Origin: Octopus sinensis
Lineage: Eukaryota
Length of the DNA stretch: 64,000 nt
Assembly: GCF_006345805.1 (NCBI RefSeq)
Contig: NC_042998.1
Span: 3,224,001-3,288,000, forward strand
Reading direction: 5' to 3'
The position numbers and the translations under genes are program-made. Shown here in pieces: positions 8,864-21,730 of the stretch. Every line of letters begins with the position of its first letter. The first letter of the stretch is position 1. The notes under the pieces were generated by a model. It was not told the origin of the DNA and made no database searches. It worked only from the letters and a program-made list of their open reading frames with translations.

Positions 8864-10602
8864 ATGATGACGCTACTTTCTGCAGACAAATAAGTAAACA
8901 TATTCCATCAAACTATAAGTTTAATCCAATGTCAGCCAAATTATGTTGATTTCAGTAACCTTTCATATTTGTTGTGTATTTTTGAAGAAGAAAATTGGCT
9001 TTAATTTACGCCACTCGTACCAAATATAGACTTGTAAACATAATACTCAAAGTATGTTCGCCTTCCTCTGTTAGAGTTAAGACTTTATATGATTAATGAC
9101 CAGTTAATTGGAAGTCCATCTAATTACCAAATGCATATAGTTCTTTTCTTATAATTAAGTTGTTGTTGTAGCCGATCGAGCTGGAATATGATGAAAGGTG
9201 TTCCAGATGTGACCATCAGCTCTTTCGAATTTTAAGGGTTACATTGATCAATATGTGTTACCTTTTATTTAAGATGGTGAAGTAAGATTTTGAGGTACAT
9301 TTGAGGGTCATTTTTAGCTGGTCCAGCGAACGTATAGCGGCCTCATTCACGGATTCAGCAGTAAACAAACTTTTAATGCCGGCTACTGAGGTTAACAAGA
9401 TGGATTCACTGAAAAGGTTCTCATGGGATTTCAGCGGACCGGCGATAGCTAGATGTTATCAATGAAAGGATCGATAATAAAAGGCCGTCCGACCATGATT
9501 ATCTCTTTTCTTTTAAGGAATGTAGACGAAGATGTGATTTTGAGGTAACACTGGCTAATGTTTTAAGCAGGGTGAGTTACCACGTGGAGGTTTCTTATAG
9601 CGATGCGTAGTGCGTACAAAGGGTAGGAACGTGATAGAAATGAGAAAATACTCGGGACCTACTAGGAATCCCTGGTTACTGGGTTGATTTCTGGGATTCG
9701 ATCCCTATCGTGCAAGGTCAAATTGGATCGGTGCCTCTAAAGCTGTTTGCAATTTTCATCTCCGCAGTCCTCATAGCAGATGATGTTTTAGTAGTCTTGG
9801 AATATAACATCCTTTTGAAATTCTGTGATCTTTTTCTTTACAGGCTATGTTCGAGAAAGACGGGAAAAGCTGATAATTAGATAAATAATTAAGCAAATAA
9901 AAACGAATTGGCAGAGTTGTTAGCGCCTCACGGTATTTGTCATAACTCCCTGCTTTCTAGGTTCAAATACCGCTGAGATCAACTTCCCCTTTTATCCTTC
10001 TTAAATTAAAAAAACAGAAAAAGGCTAATCTCAGGTCGGTGGTCTGGCGGAAGTACAAAAACGTCGGACTGTATTCCTTGCGGTATCTGCCCCAGTCCTT
10101 TGCGTTACGAGTTCCCGTCCTTCTGTGGTCTACTTGGGTGGCATACATTATCCGTTGCCTCGTATAACATCCTCATATAATACCTTTAGCAGAGTTTACT
10201 TTGTTGTAAAAATTCGAGCCAAATCCTCTGTTTACAAATAGTTTTCTCCTTCCTATTAGTGTTGGAGGCCATGTAAAGAGTCCTGGATACTGCCTCTCAC
10301 CTCAACTAAAACGTTAACGGCAACAATAAAAACGTGTAATGTTTCACATCTTTTAGGTTTAGTCTCAAATCTGATCTGATCGAGCATATTAAACGTTATT
10401 AGAGGCGTTATGGCCATCTCGTCAATTTTTCGGACATAAGAAATGTTAGTTTGCACTATTTAAAGGGTATTTCTTTCCTCTATTTTTTTAAAAAAACACA
10501 GTAGAATAGCATTTAGAGGGACTTGGCAATTATTTCTAGCTGACCTAGTGAGCATGTTCAGGCTTGCGCATTGGCTGCACCGGAATTAGTTATAGTGGTG
10601 TC

Positions 10603-10783
10603 TTTTATCGTTTATTTGTTGCAGTCATTAGACCTCGGCCATGCTGCAGCACCATCTTGAAAGGTTTAATTGAACAAATCAACCCTATAAAGTCTTGTAC
10701 TTATTCTATCGATTTCTCTGGACGAACCGCTAGTTTACAGGACGTAGACAAAGCAGCAGCGGTTGTCAAGCTATAGTGGGAAA

Positions 10784-10823
<40 letters not shown>

Positions 10824-11007
10824 CACATACATACACGCGCGATTACGAGAGGCTTCTTACTGTTTCTCTACCAAATCCACTCGCAATGCCTTTGTCAACT
10901 CCAGGCTATAAGAATGACACCTGCCCAAGGTTCCAGGCAGTGGGACCGAACCCGAAACCGTATGGTTTGGAAACGAACTTCTTACCACGCAGACAAACTT
11001 GCGCCTA
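10603..11007 (-). mobile_element. SINE-A, diverged full-length copy
   Basis: Tail (GCAGTCATTAGACCTCGGCCATGCTGCAGCACC on +), internal (CA)n, head ending ...GCGCCTA. Confidence 0.8.
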
Positions 11008-11289
11008 ACTGTTCATGAACCCAAAACGCTTAAATGAATGCGTTGGGAAAATTCTGAATTTTAAAAATGTTCCAGGCATTAAAAAGTGCGATTAACGTTG
11101 CCAGAATTATTTCCTTTTACTCCATTTCTTCGAGTTGAAATTTATTTCAGCTGATCTCAACTAGGTCTGGATATTTATTTATTTATCATTATTTATTTAT
11201 TATTATTATTATTATCATTATTGTTATTATTATTGTTGTTATTTTAGTTTCATATTACTCGCGACAGTTTGCGTGTAACAATTTACACA

Positions 11290-11352
<63 letters not shown>

Positions 11353-12150
11353 TACATACATATACATATGCAGTGTTATACATATTCATGCATACATACA
11401 TGCACGCATGTACACATACCCACACACATGCATACATAAACCGGCTCCGTTCTCAGTGGAAGCTTTAAAATAATAAAACAAAAAATAGAAGAGACAGACA
11501 TACATACATACGTACATACATACATACATACATACATACATACATACAGACATACGTACATACACGTACGCATAGAGTGAGAAACACATGCAGAAAGAAA
11601 GACGCGCATGGATAAAGATGCAAGCACACATTCACAACCGCATATACATTCAGACACACACGGACACAGACAGACAAAGAAACACATTTACTTCCTACAT
11701 ACATACATGCATGCATACATAGGTACGTACGTACATACATACATACATTCATACATGCATACATGCATGCATACATACATACATGCATGCATACATGCAT
11801 GCATGCATACATACACACACACATACATGCATGCATACATACATGCATGCATACATAATACATGCATACATACATACATAACATATATATATATATATAT
11901 ATGCATGTATGTATGTATATATGTGTGTATATATGCATACATACACATATACATTCACGTACATACACTCATACACATGCATACATACATGCATACACAC
12001 ATGCATACATACGTACATACACACAAACATAAATACATACATACATATAAACTAATACATACTCACATACATAGATACATACACACATGAATACACACAC
12101 ATACGTACATACATAAACGCACACATATACACAGACACAGACACACCGAT
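11290..12150. repeat. Compound (GA)n / (ACAT)n / (ATGC)n / (TA)n microsatellite field
   Basis: Read directly. Confidence 0.95.
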
Positions 12151-12967
12151 TCCCAAACACGAAATTCCGTGTCATGGTTATTCTAGTCCTTCGTGGCAGT
12201 CGTGCTATATTCCAGCGCAGCATTATGGTACAAATTAGGAAGGGGTGGTGGAGGTGGGGAGGTGTAATTGTAGGTCGATCACTTTACTTTGGGAAACCAA
12301 GCTTAATTTCCTTTCAAGTAAAGCCTGTAGCTTGCATAAACTGAACGAGTATCCTGCTATACATATACAAATAGCTAAATGAGGTCTACGTAAATGTGTG
12401 TGTCAGTGCGTGTGTATGTGTGCGTTTCTCTTTCCGTCTCTCCGTGTCTTTGTCACTGTCTGTACATGTATGTGTGTGTGAGTGAGTGTGTGTTGCGGGT
12501 GAAAGGTACTGTTTGGGAGTGGAAAGTCTCGCCAGTATGGATGGGTAGGTGCGTTGAAGGAAAAGGCTGCTGTTATCCAAGTCTAAATAGTTGCCTGGCA
12601 CAGCTAAGCAGAAGTCGACCTTGACGTTGTCGTCGTCGACGTTAGCACCATCGTTATCATCATCATCGTCGTCGCTGTCGTCATGATTATCATCATCATC
12701 ATCATCATAAATAGCGGCGTCGGCGGCGGTGGCGGCGATATTGATGAAGATATCTGCTGAGAGTCTTTCATCCAAGATAGTTACCGCTACCAAAAATCAA
12801 CGTCATCACTGGTACAAGGAAGCACCATCGCCACTACTAGCGTCTTCACTTGCAAGCAATAATCTCCACATCAGGGCAATCCACTAACAAACAACATCAT
12901 CACTGTAAATGCCACCATCTGTAATCAACAACACTGAGAATATCAATACATCGTAGTCAATGATAGT

Positions 12968-13091
12968 TTTTCTTATTTCTTTATTGCCCACAAGGGGCTA
13001 AACATGGGGGGGGGGACAAACAAGGATAGACAAAGGGATTAAGTCGATTACATCGGCCACAGTGCGTAACTGGTACTTAATTTATCGACCT
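12968..13091 (-). mobile_element. SINE-B 3' fragment
   Basis: TTTATTGCCCACAAGGGGCTAAAC...TTAAGTCGATTACATCG...CTGGTACTTAATTTATCGACC is the reverse complement of the SINE-B tail at 41620-41720. Confidence 0.8.
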
Positions 13092-13092
13092 G

Positions 13093-13352
13093 TAATTTAA
13101 TTGTTCCCCAAGCTTAAGGAGAGCCTTCAGGGCAGTCGTTTTGAAGACAACGAGAAGACGAAGGTGACTGTGGCAAGTGTCTCGGATATCTTCACTTCGG
13201 AGGGATTCCATGGGGTCTTCATGGCGTCGCTGGAGTGCTACAACAGGTGCATTGAAGTCAGAGGCTCCTGTTTTGAAGATTAGAGATTTGTACTATGAAA
13301 TTAATAAATGTCGCTCCTGAAAAACTCTCAGATCTTCTGGAATGCACCTTGC
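13093..13352 (+). mobile_element. Mariner transposon 3' fragment (transposase C-terminus + right end)
   Basis: LFPKLKESLQGSRFEDNE...RCIEVRGSCFE is a typical mariner transposase C-terminus, followed by a TIR-like end (CTCAGATCTTCTGGAATGCACC). Confidence 0.8.
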
Positions 13353-14161
13353 GTTTCTACCACACTGCTAGTAACCACCATCACGCTACCCTATATCCTA
13401 AAATGTGTTATACTCTGAGTGACCGGATGGTGTATTGGCTCATTAGACCAGTCATAGGTAACTTACGGGAGTTTCTGAATATCATTCCTAACGTAAAATT
13501 ACCTTGAATGTTTTTAGTTGTGTGACCCGCCTAGTGATAATCCATGCCTCATGCAACCCTCTTCTCCTAAAAGTTTGACCATACCTGCATTAGAGCGTCA
13601 ACCAAAATTTGAAGTCAGACCGTAACAATGGACGAAATGCTGTCAATCATTCTTCCCCCCGGCGTTATAAGGATTCTGCTCACTCGCTGTCCTGACAAAA
13701 TGCAAAATATTAAGCGTTATCGTCAATCATCAAGTATCATTTCTATGCAGTTAGTACAAGTTAGTTGATGATGTTGTTGACGTTAACGCTACTGTCGACA
13801 AACCATCTGAATATCTGTTCCTTCTGTAAATAGAAGTAAGTGCATCTATTATGTTGTTAGGCAATGTATTGGGAATTCTCAGCAAAATCCTCCACTGTAT
13901 TCAAAGACAATGCTCGTATCACAAGACAAAAGTTAAAATTGACGCACAAACATCAGACACACGGCGTAAACAGTATCAATATGTGACTAACGACGCATAA
14001 CTTAAACAGGGAAATTCTGGCAGTAAAGTCTGCATGAAAATAGATCACCCGCAACAAAAGAGACCGTACAGAGACCAGCTCCACTTCATAGCCCGATGAG
14101 AATGAGATATACATATTTACACATATGCAAACGCAAACACACGTATAGATATTTATGTAGG

Positions 14162-14473
<312 letters not shown>

Positions 14474-14803
14474 AACCCAGTTTCGTCTATCCTTCTCTTT
14501 TCTTTCCTTTGTTTTCTGTTTTTCGGATTGATTTTCTGGCTCTTCCAAATTTTCTTTCGAATTCTGCATATTGTATTCCTCCTTTCCTTCTGTCATCCTT
14601 TCCTTCTTTCCTGGTCTTCTCTTGATTTCCCTTTATTTCTTAACTCTTCCTTCTTATTCCTCCTCTCACCTCACATCTCCTTCTTCTCTACTTTCTGTTT
14701 TCCTCTTCCCTTCATATTTTCCATTCGCCTTTCTTCGCATCTCCTTTTTTCTCTTTTTCTTCGTTTGTGCCTTCCAATATTCTTCAGATTTCTTACCCGC
14801 TTC

Positions 14804-14983
14804 CACTGGCGTAGCTACAGTATGTGCTGCCCCGAGGCGGGCCTTCCGTTTGCCGCCCCCGGACCTCACAAAAAACACATATTGCCTAGAGAAGACCCAA
14901 AAGTGCCGCCCGGGGCGGACCGCCCCTACAGCCCCAGCTCCTGCTCCCTACTCCAGTGCCCTCTTCTGCTAGGATCCATGCTG
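14804..14983. mobile_element. Possible hAT-type MITE (GC-rich, degraded)
   Basis: Starts CACTGGCGTAGCTACAG, ends CTAGGATCCATGCTG, with GCCGCCC/GGGGCGG subterminal motifs. TIR match is imperfect and no TSD was seen. Confidence 0.35.
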
Positions 14984-15309
14984 ATTCAATATGTAGATGT
15001 CCCACGATGGAATACAAGATGAAAGAGGAGGCGAATGATACAAACAAATAAGAAAGAGAAAAGACTAGAAAGGAAAGAAAAAGAAGTAGGAAGAAAGAAA
15101 CCGTAGATAAAAGCAAATTAATGACGGCTGTAGTTTTAATGACCCTCCCATCGAGAGAATGTTTACATAACGTTAAATACGAGAAAGGTTTCGTCCCCAG
15201 ATAAGGGTGGGGACACATGTATATAAAATGTCTTGAAGTGGGATGATAAACAACTGAGGATGAAGTTTTTAATATTGCTTGTAGACTGGTTCGGTAATAT
15301 CCCTTATAG

Positions 15310-15312
<3 letters not shown>

Positions 15313-15349
<37 letters not shown>

Positions 15350-15619
15350 GCACGTGCACACACACACGCACACACACACACACACACACACAAGCAAACA
15401 TACAAGCAAATAAACACACACAATCATACTTGCACACACATATACGCTCACCCTTAAACAGACATATACTCGTTTACATACAAGCATGCATACACATACA
15501 CATATCCATACATACACACACATACGTCTGTATGTATACATGCATGTACATATGCAAAATATATATATGTATATATATATGTATAAATATATATATATAT
15601 TTATATATGTATCAGTCTG

Positions 15620-15668
<49 letters not shown>

Positions 15669-15693
15669 ATCTATCTATCTATCTATCTATCTA

Positions 15694-15762
<69 letters not shown>
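15313..15762. repeat. Compound (CA)n/(TA)n/(TCTA)n/(TCTG)n microsatellite
   Basis: Read directly. Confidence 0.95.
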
Positions 15763-15764
<2 letters not shown>

Positions 15765-16472
15765 TCGTGGTGCATTGCAGACGTTTTGAGACTTGTTTAG
15801 GAGAGGCAATTGTAACTAGTCTAGATTATTTCAGTTTTAAAGTATTATTTCTACACATCTAATCAGCCGACCTGACAACTCTTGTTATTCCACATCGAAG
15901 AAGACATTTCTAACAACTCTTTGAACACAGCTTGTCACAGCGGACGAGTCTACAGAATGCAGTCGGGACGTGAAGACAGTTAATGTGTATTTACATAATG
16001 CGTATATATGCTCACAAATATATGCATAAAATAAATGGTTCGCCATCGGCTACAAAGACCAGGATCTAAGTGTTTCAGTCACATGCACTGACAAGTCAGT
16101 TATTAAGTTATAGTAGAAGTATCAGAGTATTTCGCCAGAAAGCGTATTGCTAAAGCAATCTTGTCTTTCAAACTGTAATTGAAAGAACCGGTTTTATCGC
16201 ATTTCCCCCTACGTGATTCCATATTTTCTGTCCACACAATTGGACAAACACTCACACACACACGCACACGTACGTATGTATGTATATATATGTATATATA
16301 TGTAAGAACTTTTTTGCGTAATAAGATAAAAAAACCAAGGCTGTATAGATATTAGAGCATAAGACCTATCTATAAATGTCTTGGTTTTTTTTTATCTTAT
16401 TACGCAAAAAAGTCTTATATACACACGCTGACATAGAACAAACGTTGAACCCTTTATACGCAATATTAACGA

Positions 16473-16578
<106 letters not shown>

Positions 16579-17263
16579 ATATATATATGCGCATAGATAC
16601 ATATATATATGTATATATTTATAAATACACACGTAAATATATGTTTGTAATTATACACACACATACACACATACGTGTGTGTAATGCATTCATAAGAGGA
16701 TGTATATCTAAATCTGGACATTAATCAACTTATGTATTTATCACGTATCTATCCATATACTCACACACACAGATATAATGCATATAGTCAAATACACATA
16801 CACATACAAACATACGATATACATATGCATATGTATGTTTGAGTAAGAATATATGCGTTTGGGAATATATGTGTGCGCGTGATGTGTGGTTGTGTTTGTG
16901 TGCGTATATGACCGAGTGTGCGTATATGACCGAGTGTGCGTATATGTTTTGTCTTGCATCCATGTCAATCTCTCTCAGTAAGTGCAGTGTGAATGTTTGT
17001 GAAAGTGTCTCCATTATGTAAATACATATGGAATATATTTTATCTGTGATATATCACAGCACAGGATACATCTGCAGCACTCTAGACATCACAGAAACAT
17101 ATGGCCCTTGGCTGAAAAACCAGCACACCGACACCAGCCAGACCTTTTGAACAGCATACTGATATGTTAAGATATATAAGTTCAGTACCGTAACAACTAT
17201 CCGGGAAGCTTAAGGCCAGAAGGGTCTCGAATTTCTGGATTTCCTGGTTTTCTAGAGATAGTC

Positions 17264-17735
17264 TAGTGGCTCTCAACCAAGGTTCATATGATCCTTGGCG
17301 GTCCATATAAGATTTTTGTTGTTAAAATTTATGCGCAATAGGCGCAGGAGTGGCTGTGTGGTAAGTAGCTTGCTCACCAACCACATGGTTCCAGGTTCAT
17401 TCCCACTGTGTGGCACCTTGTGCAAGTGTCTTCTACTATAGCCTCGGGCCGACCGAAGCCTTGTGAGTGGATTTGGTAGACGAAAACGGAAAGAAGCCCG
17501 TATATATGTATATATATATATGTATGTATGTATATATGTATGTATATATGTATATATATATGTATGTATATATGTATGTATATATGTATGTATATATATA
17601 TATATGTATGTATATATATATGTATGTATGTATATATATATATGTATGTGTATATATATGTATGTGTATATATATATATATATGTATGTGTATATATATA
17701 TATGTATGTGTATATATAATATATATATGTATGTG

Positions 17736-17767
<32 letters not shown>

Positions 17768-18169
17768 TGTTTGTGCGTGTATATGTTTATGTTTCTTATT
17801 TTGTCCCCCCAACATCGTTTGACAACCGATGGTGGTGTGTTTACGTCCCCGTTACATAGCGGTTCAGCAAAAGAGACTGATAGAATAAGTACCAGGCTTC
17901 CAAAGAGTAAGTCCTGGGGTCGATTTGCTCGACTAAAGGCGATGCTCCAGCATGTCCGCAGTCAAATGACTGAAACAAGTAAAAGAGTAGAGTAATAATT
18001 CGATCATTACTTCTATGATACACGGAACATGATTTTTACAGACAATTCCTTATAATATTAAATTACAAAAATGCAACAGGACTTTTTAAATATCGAGTGA
18101 CTATGGGGGCCCATCCAAGGGAAATAGGGATCAAAGGGATCCATAGAGAAAAATGGTTGAGAATCACTG
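17264..18169 (+). mobile_element. hAT-type MITE interrupted by a SINE-A
   Basis: TIRs TAGTGGCTCTCAACC ... GGTTGAGAATCACTG. Both subterminal regions match the MITE at 34730-35065 in opposite orientation (GGTCCATATAAGATTTT; CTATGGA-CCCTTTGAT). Confidence 0.8.
17339..17993 (+). mobile_element. SINE-A, full length, with expanded (~280 bp) internal TA/TATG tract
   Basis: Head TAGGCGCAGGAGTGGCTGTGTGG; tail GACTAAAGGCGATGCTCCAGCATGTCCGCAGTCAAATGACTGAAACAAGTAAAAGAG. Confidence 0.92.
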
Positions 18170-19082
18170 GATAGATATATATTTAAACATAAAATAAGCT
18201 ATGAAGAGCAAAGTGTTTAACTGATTCAAATTGATAAACTTCAAAAGCAGGGTCTGTTCTATATGTATTAATCCACTGAAAGTTCTTAAGCTATATCTTA
18301 CTGTATCATGTATATATTATGTTTATCCAATGAAAAATTCATTGAAGGAAAGTAAAGAACGTGATTTTACTTAACAGCTACATGTACAGTTCTAATACAA
18401 TTCTAAAATAGAGTATGTTCGATTTTTACCAATTCTCTTTAAAAATTAATGATAAAAAAAAGCACTGAATGCAAAATAGCCAACCTGAAAAGTAGGGTCT
18501 GTTAACTTAATATAGAGTACAGTATATTGCATGGTATTGCATAATATTCCCAGATCTCTAGAAGCCGGATTCTTAGAATATTAGTACGTTATTTATGAGA
18601 GGAAGCAAGATAGTCGAATAGGTAAAACAAATCTGCTATGGCTTCACATTATATGTGAGACCATAGCAAAGTGAACTGGCAAGGGAAATTCACAAGGGAG
18701 TTAATTTCAGTAAGATCACTTGAGGCAACAAGGTCAACAGAGATTAAAGCGCGTTTAGTCTTTGCATCCAACAAGTGAAAGCAACGGGCATGTTTTAGTC
18801 TCGTTAGAGTCGTTAACATGTGTTTATGGAGTTGTAGAAATAGCAAACGGAACCGCTTCCAATTATAAGAAGGACACACTAGATAGTGTGCCCTTCTTAT
18901 TAAATGGAAGGACACACTAGATAGTGATGTTCTTTTCCTGATAGTAAAAAGGTGTGATGATCCCGGTTGGAGGGCTTATGATCATTGTAAACGAAGTACC
19001 AGTTAGGTACTGAAGTCGATGTAATCAACTTACCCTGTCCTCTAAAAGTTGCTGGCCATGTGCAAAAATTTGAGACTATTAC

Positions 19083-19127
<45 letters not shown>

Positions 19128-19128
<1 letters not shown>

Positions 19129-19485
19129 GAGTGAGAGAGCAGCACATGCCATCAAAGCTACACTGGGGTAGAAATATACGAAGTCCAATATAGCCATCAT
19201 GACTACCCGTCTGAAAAGGGTACACCAGATACATGCATCACAACTATACGTGCGCAACGTAGTGATCTCATATCATGATAAACAGCGCACTACTTCCGCT
19301 CGTGATCAGAAATGTACATATCATCTGCGGAAATGGGACATGCTCAGCTGGTTATGGTCAAACAATTGACAAGCAAATCTGTGGAATATTTGCTGCAGCC
19401 CATCTTTTATAACCAAGACAAAACGTACATAACACTTTCAATCAGTTAAGATCAGAAGCCAGGAAAGCTAGTGCCTGGTATTGCA
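19128..19485. mobile_element. Unclassified interspersed-repeat fragment flanked by (ATT)n and (ATC)n
   Basis: Complex sequence sharply bounded by trinucleotide tracts on both sides. I recall it as a retroelement-associated octopus repeat but cannot classify it from this window alone. Confidence 0.4.
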
Positions 19486-19545
19486 TCATCATCATCAGCA
19501 CGACGACGACGACCACCATCATCATCATCATCACCACCACCACGA

Positions 19546-19576
<31 letters not shown>

Positions 19577-19607
19577 CAACAGCATCCTCCTCCTCATCAT
19601 CATCAGC

Positions 19608-19647
<40 letters not shown>

Positions 19648-19687
19648 CATCATCATCATCATCATCATCTCATCATCATCATCATCA

Positions 19688-19740
<53 letters not shown>

Positions 19741-19742
19741 GA
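19483..19742. repeat. (CAT/CAC/GAC)n grading into (ATT)n
   Basis: Read directly; source of spurious poly-H/S/I ORFs. Confidence 0.95.
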
Positions 19743-19747
19743 TTATG

Positions 19748-20555
19748 TTGTTGGACAACCTCTCTTGCGGCTGTTCTTTAAGGTACATCGTGCAGATACC
19801 CCAATGTTCGTTTTCTTGGAGTCAGACATAGAGGTCAATAATTCTCTTATATTCTTATTGTAGCCTTTAGACTACAATAGACAACATGAGTGAAGTGAAT
19901 TCCATCAGAAATCCTAACAGAAATGTTATGGTTTATACAGAAGGTGGAACATGTAAAGATTCCCATTTGGTGTACACTGCAGAATGCACGAAACACAACT
20001 TAATTTATGCTGGTTGCACGACGGAACAATTAAACAAAAGGTTTAATGGGCACAGATTCGATGTCAGGCACAACAACAGGAGTTCGACAGAACTTGCTGA
20101 ACATTTCGTTTCAAGGGGCTGCACTTTTGAAGAAGACTTGAAAGTGCATATTCTCAGAAAATATTCTGAATCTGCTTCACTGTCACTTCTCAGAATGTAT
20201 GAGTTGAAATATGTTTGCAGGTTATTAACATCACGCCCTGGAGGAATGAATAAGATGACAGGAGAATATCAAATTTATACAAAACTGTTTGATTAAATAT
20301 TCTTCTTCCTCTCTTTTTCTTTACTTTTTTTCTGTTTTTTTTTGTCTTTTTCTTTTCGCCTGTTATAAAATTGTAACTTAAAAACTGATGATGTCATTCC
20401 ATCAACGTGTGGACGCTGGTTGCTCTTGTTCATACTTTCCGTTTAAATTTCTATAATTTTGAATTTTTATCACTTATTTTGAACTTGACAAAGATAAACA
20501 TACTGTTGAAATATCGTTCAACCAATAAAATATTATAATCATCATCATCATCATC
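19748..20555 (+). mobile_element. 5'-truncated Penelope-like element with an inverted 5' segment (19748-~19880)
   Basis: GIY-YIG ORF on +. The linker KGYNKNIRELLTS...ARCTLKNSRKRGCPT lies on the minus strand just upstream. The 3' non-coding end has degenerate CTGATGA and TTGACAAAG...TTGAAATATCG motifs and AATAAA. Confidence 0.8.
19886..20296 (+). pseudogene. GIY-YIG endonuclease domain of a Penelope-like element (fragment)
   Basis: TCKDSHLVYTAEC...YAGCT...LNKRFNGH...ELAEHF...LKVHIL...YELKYVCRLLTSRPGGMN matches the PLE GIY-YIG pattern (LVY/YxG, R-x3-H, HF, E, GLN/GMN). Confidence 0.88.
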
Positions 20556-20574
20556 ATCATTATTATGATGTTAC

Positions 20575-20945
20575 AAACGCACAACAGATTAACTTTTAGA
20601 ATAGAAAACTTCCTAACTTCGGGCTACAATAAGTAACCTTAGATTCTGAGAACCTTCCTAAGTATCCTGCCCTTAATAACACTGTTTTCTGGGGTTGCAC
20701 TAAACTAGGTTTTATGCGTATTTCGTCTACCTATCTGTTCAAATCTTTAAGGATAGTTCCTAATGCACCTATAACTACAGGGATACATTTTATCCGCACT
20801 TTCCATAATCTCTGTAACTTAATGGTCAGGTTGTGGTATTTTGCTATTTTCTATATACTTCTCATTGACTTTCACGTCATTTGAGACTACATTATTATTT
20901 GTACCCGTTAAACTTTTATAGACACACTGATGTTATATCCTGATG
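20575..20945 (-). mobile_element. 3' end of an R4/Dong-like (restriction-like endonuclease) non-LTR retrotransposon
   Basis: Minus translation KIAKYHNLTIKLQRLWKVRIKCIPVVIGALGTILKDLNR*VDEIRIKPSLVQPQKTVLL is the RLE C-terminal KY...LW...P-V-V-IGALG motif. The 3'UTR ends in (TAA)/(TGA)n. Confidence 0.82.
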
Positions 20946-21055
20946 GGTCAACGGAGTATCCTCAACTTGGTAGCCCGAAATGTTAGAAATAACAGTAAAT
21001 CCTTCCTCAAATCACACCCTGTTGTCTTATAAAAAGAAAAGGAAGATAATTATAT

Positions 21056-21730
21056 TACATAAGCAGTATAGCCGGGCGTTGCTCGGGTTTGCTTTTTAGT
21101 TGCGCTTAAAACGGCAGACTTTGATGTCGCGTTAACAATGTTCCGTTTTACGCCAATGCAATTGTTTTTTCTCACAAAAAATCGATTGAAATTGCTGAAT
21201 TGTACTCAACGCTGTAGCAGTTGACGACCTTAAAAATTAATGCATTCACGCAGCGAACATTAATCCTCTGCATTGAATCAGCTGATCCGTCGTTCGCTCA
21301 AAACCAATGACATCACAAAAAAAATTCTTTTCGACCCTTTAGGATTGGAATTTTTGAAAACTAAAAATTTTGCATTATCTAGCTTGTTATTCTCTTTAAG
21401 TGAACATTTTATGGTTGAAATGCACCGAAAAATGGCGACACAGCAGTCAAAAAATCGTACAAAATAGGGATTTTTATAGAAAAAAATGCACCTTTTTGAT
21501 GTAAATAATTTTTGGTGTTAACATGGTCTGATTTGAATTTTTTCTTCTACAGAATGAAGAACAAGCCTTCTTCTATCATACACTCAATGGTCAACTTGCG
21601 CCGCAGGGTCTCGGAGGAGATAGTGTTAGTTGAAGGCTACCGAACTTGCCACACACACACACACACCACACACACACCACACACACACACACACACACAG
21701 AGAAAACTTCAGCTTTATATATATATAGAT
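21056..21730 (+). mobile_element. Non-autonomous Helitron-like element (Lep1/DINE-like organisation)
   Basis: 5' end AGCAGTATAGCCGGGCGTTGCTCGGG (shared with 44147-44530), subterminal (CA)n, 3' end AAACTTCAGCTTTATATATATATAGAT; no TSD. Confidence 0.6.

Noticed and set aside
9165-9620. Recurring degenerate repeat (GTGACCATC...AAGATGG...GATTTTGAGG...TAGC.GG), also ~20950-21050, ~30530-30720, ~51270-51440
   Set aside because: Probably a real old interspersed repeat, but too diverged to define boundaries or class by eye, so not listed as a feature.
18868-18925. 20-bp direct repeat GAAGGACACACTAGATAGTG x2
   Set aside because: Two units with an 18-bp spacer only; a small local duplication, not a CRISPR-like array.
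19471-19863. Poly-H / poly-S / poly-I ORFs
   Set aside because: Trinucleotide microsatellite; no splice or coding context.
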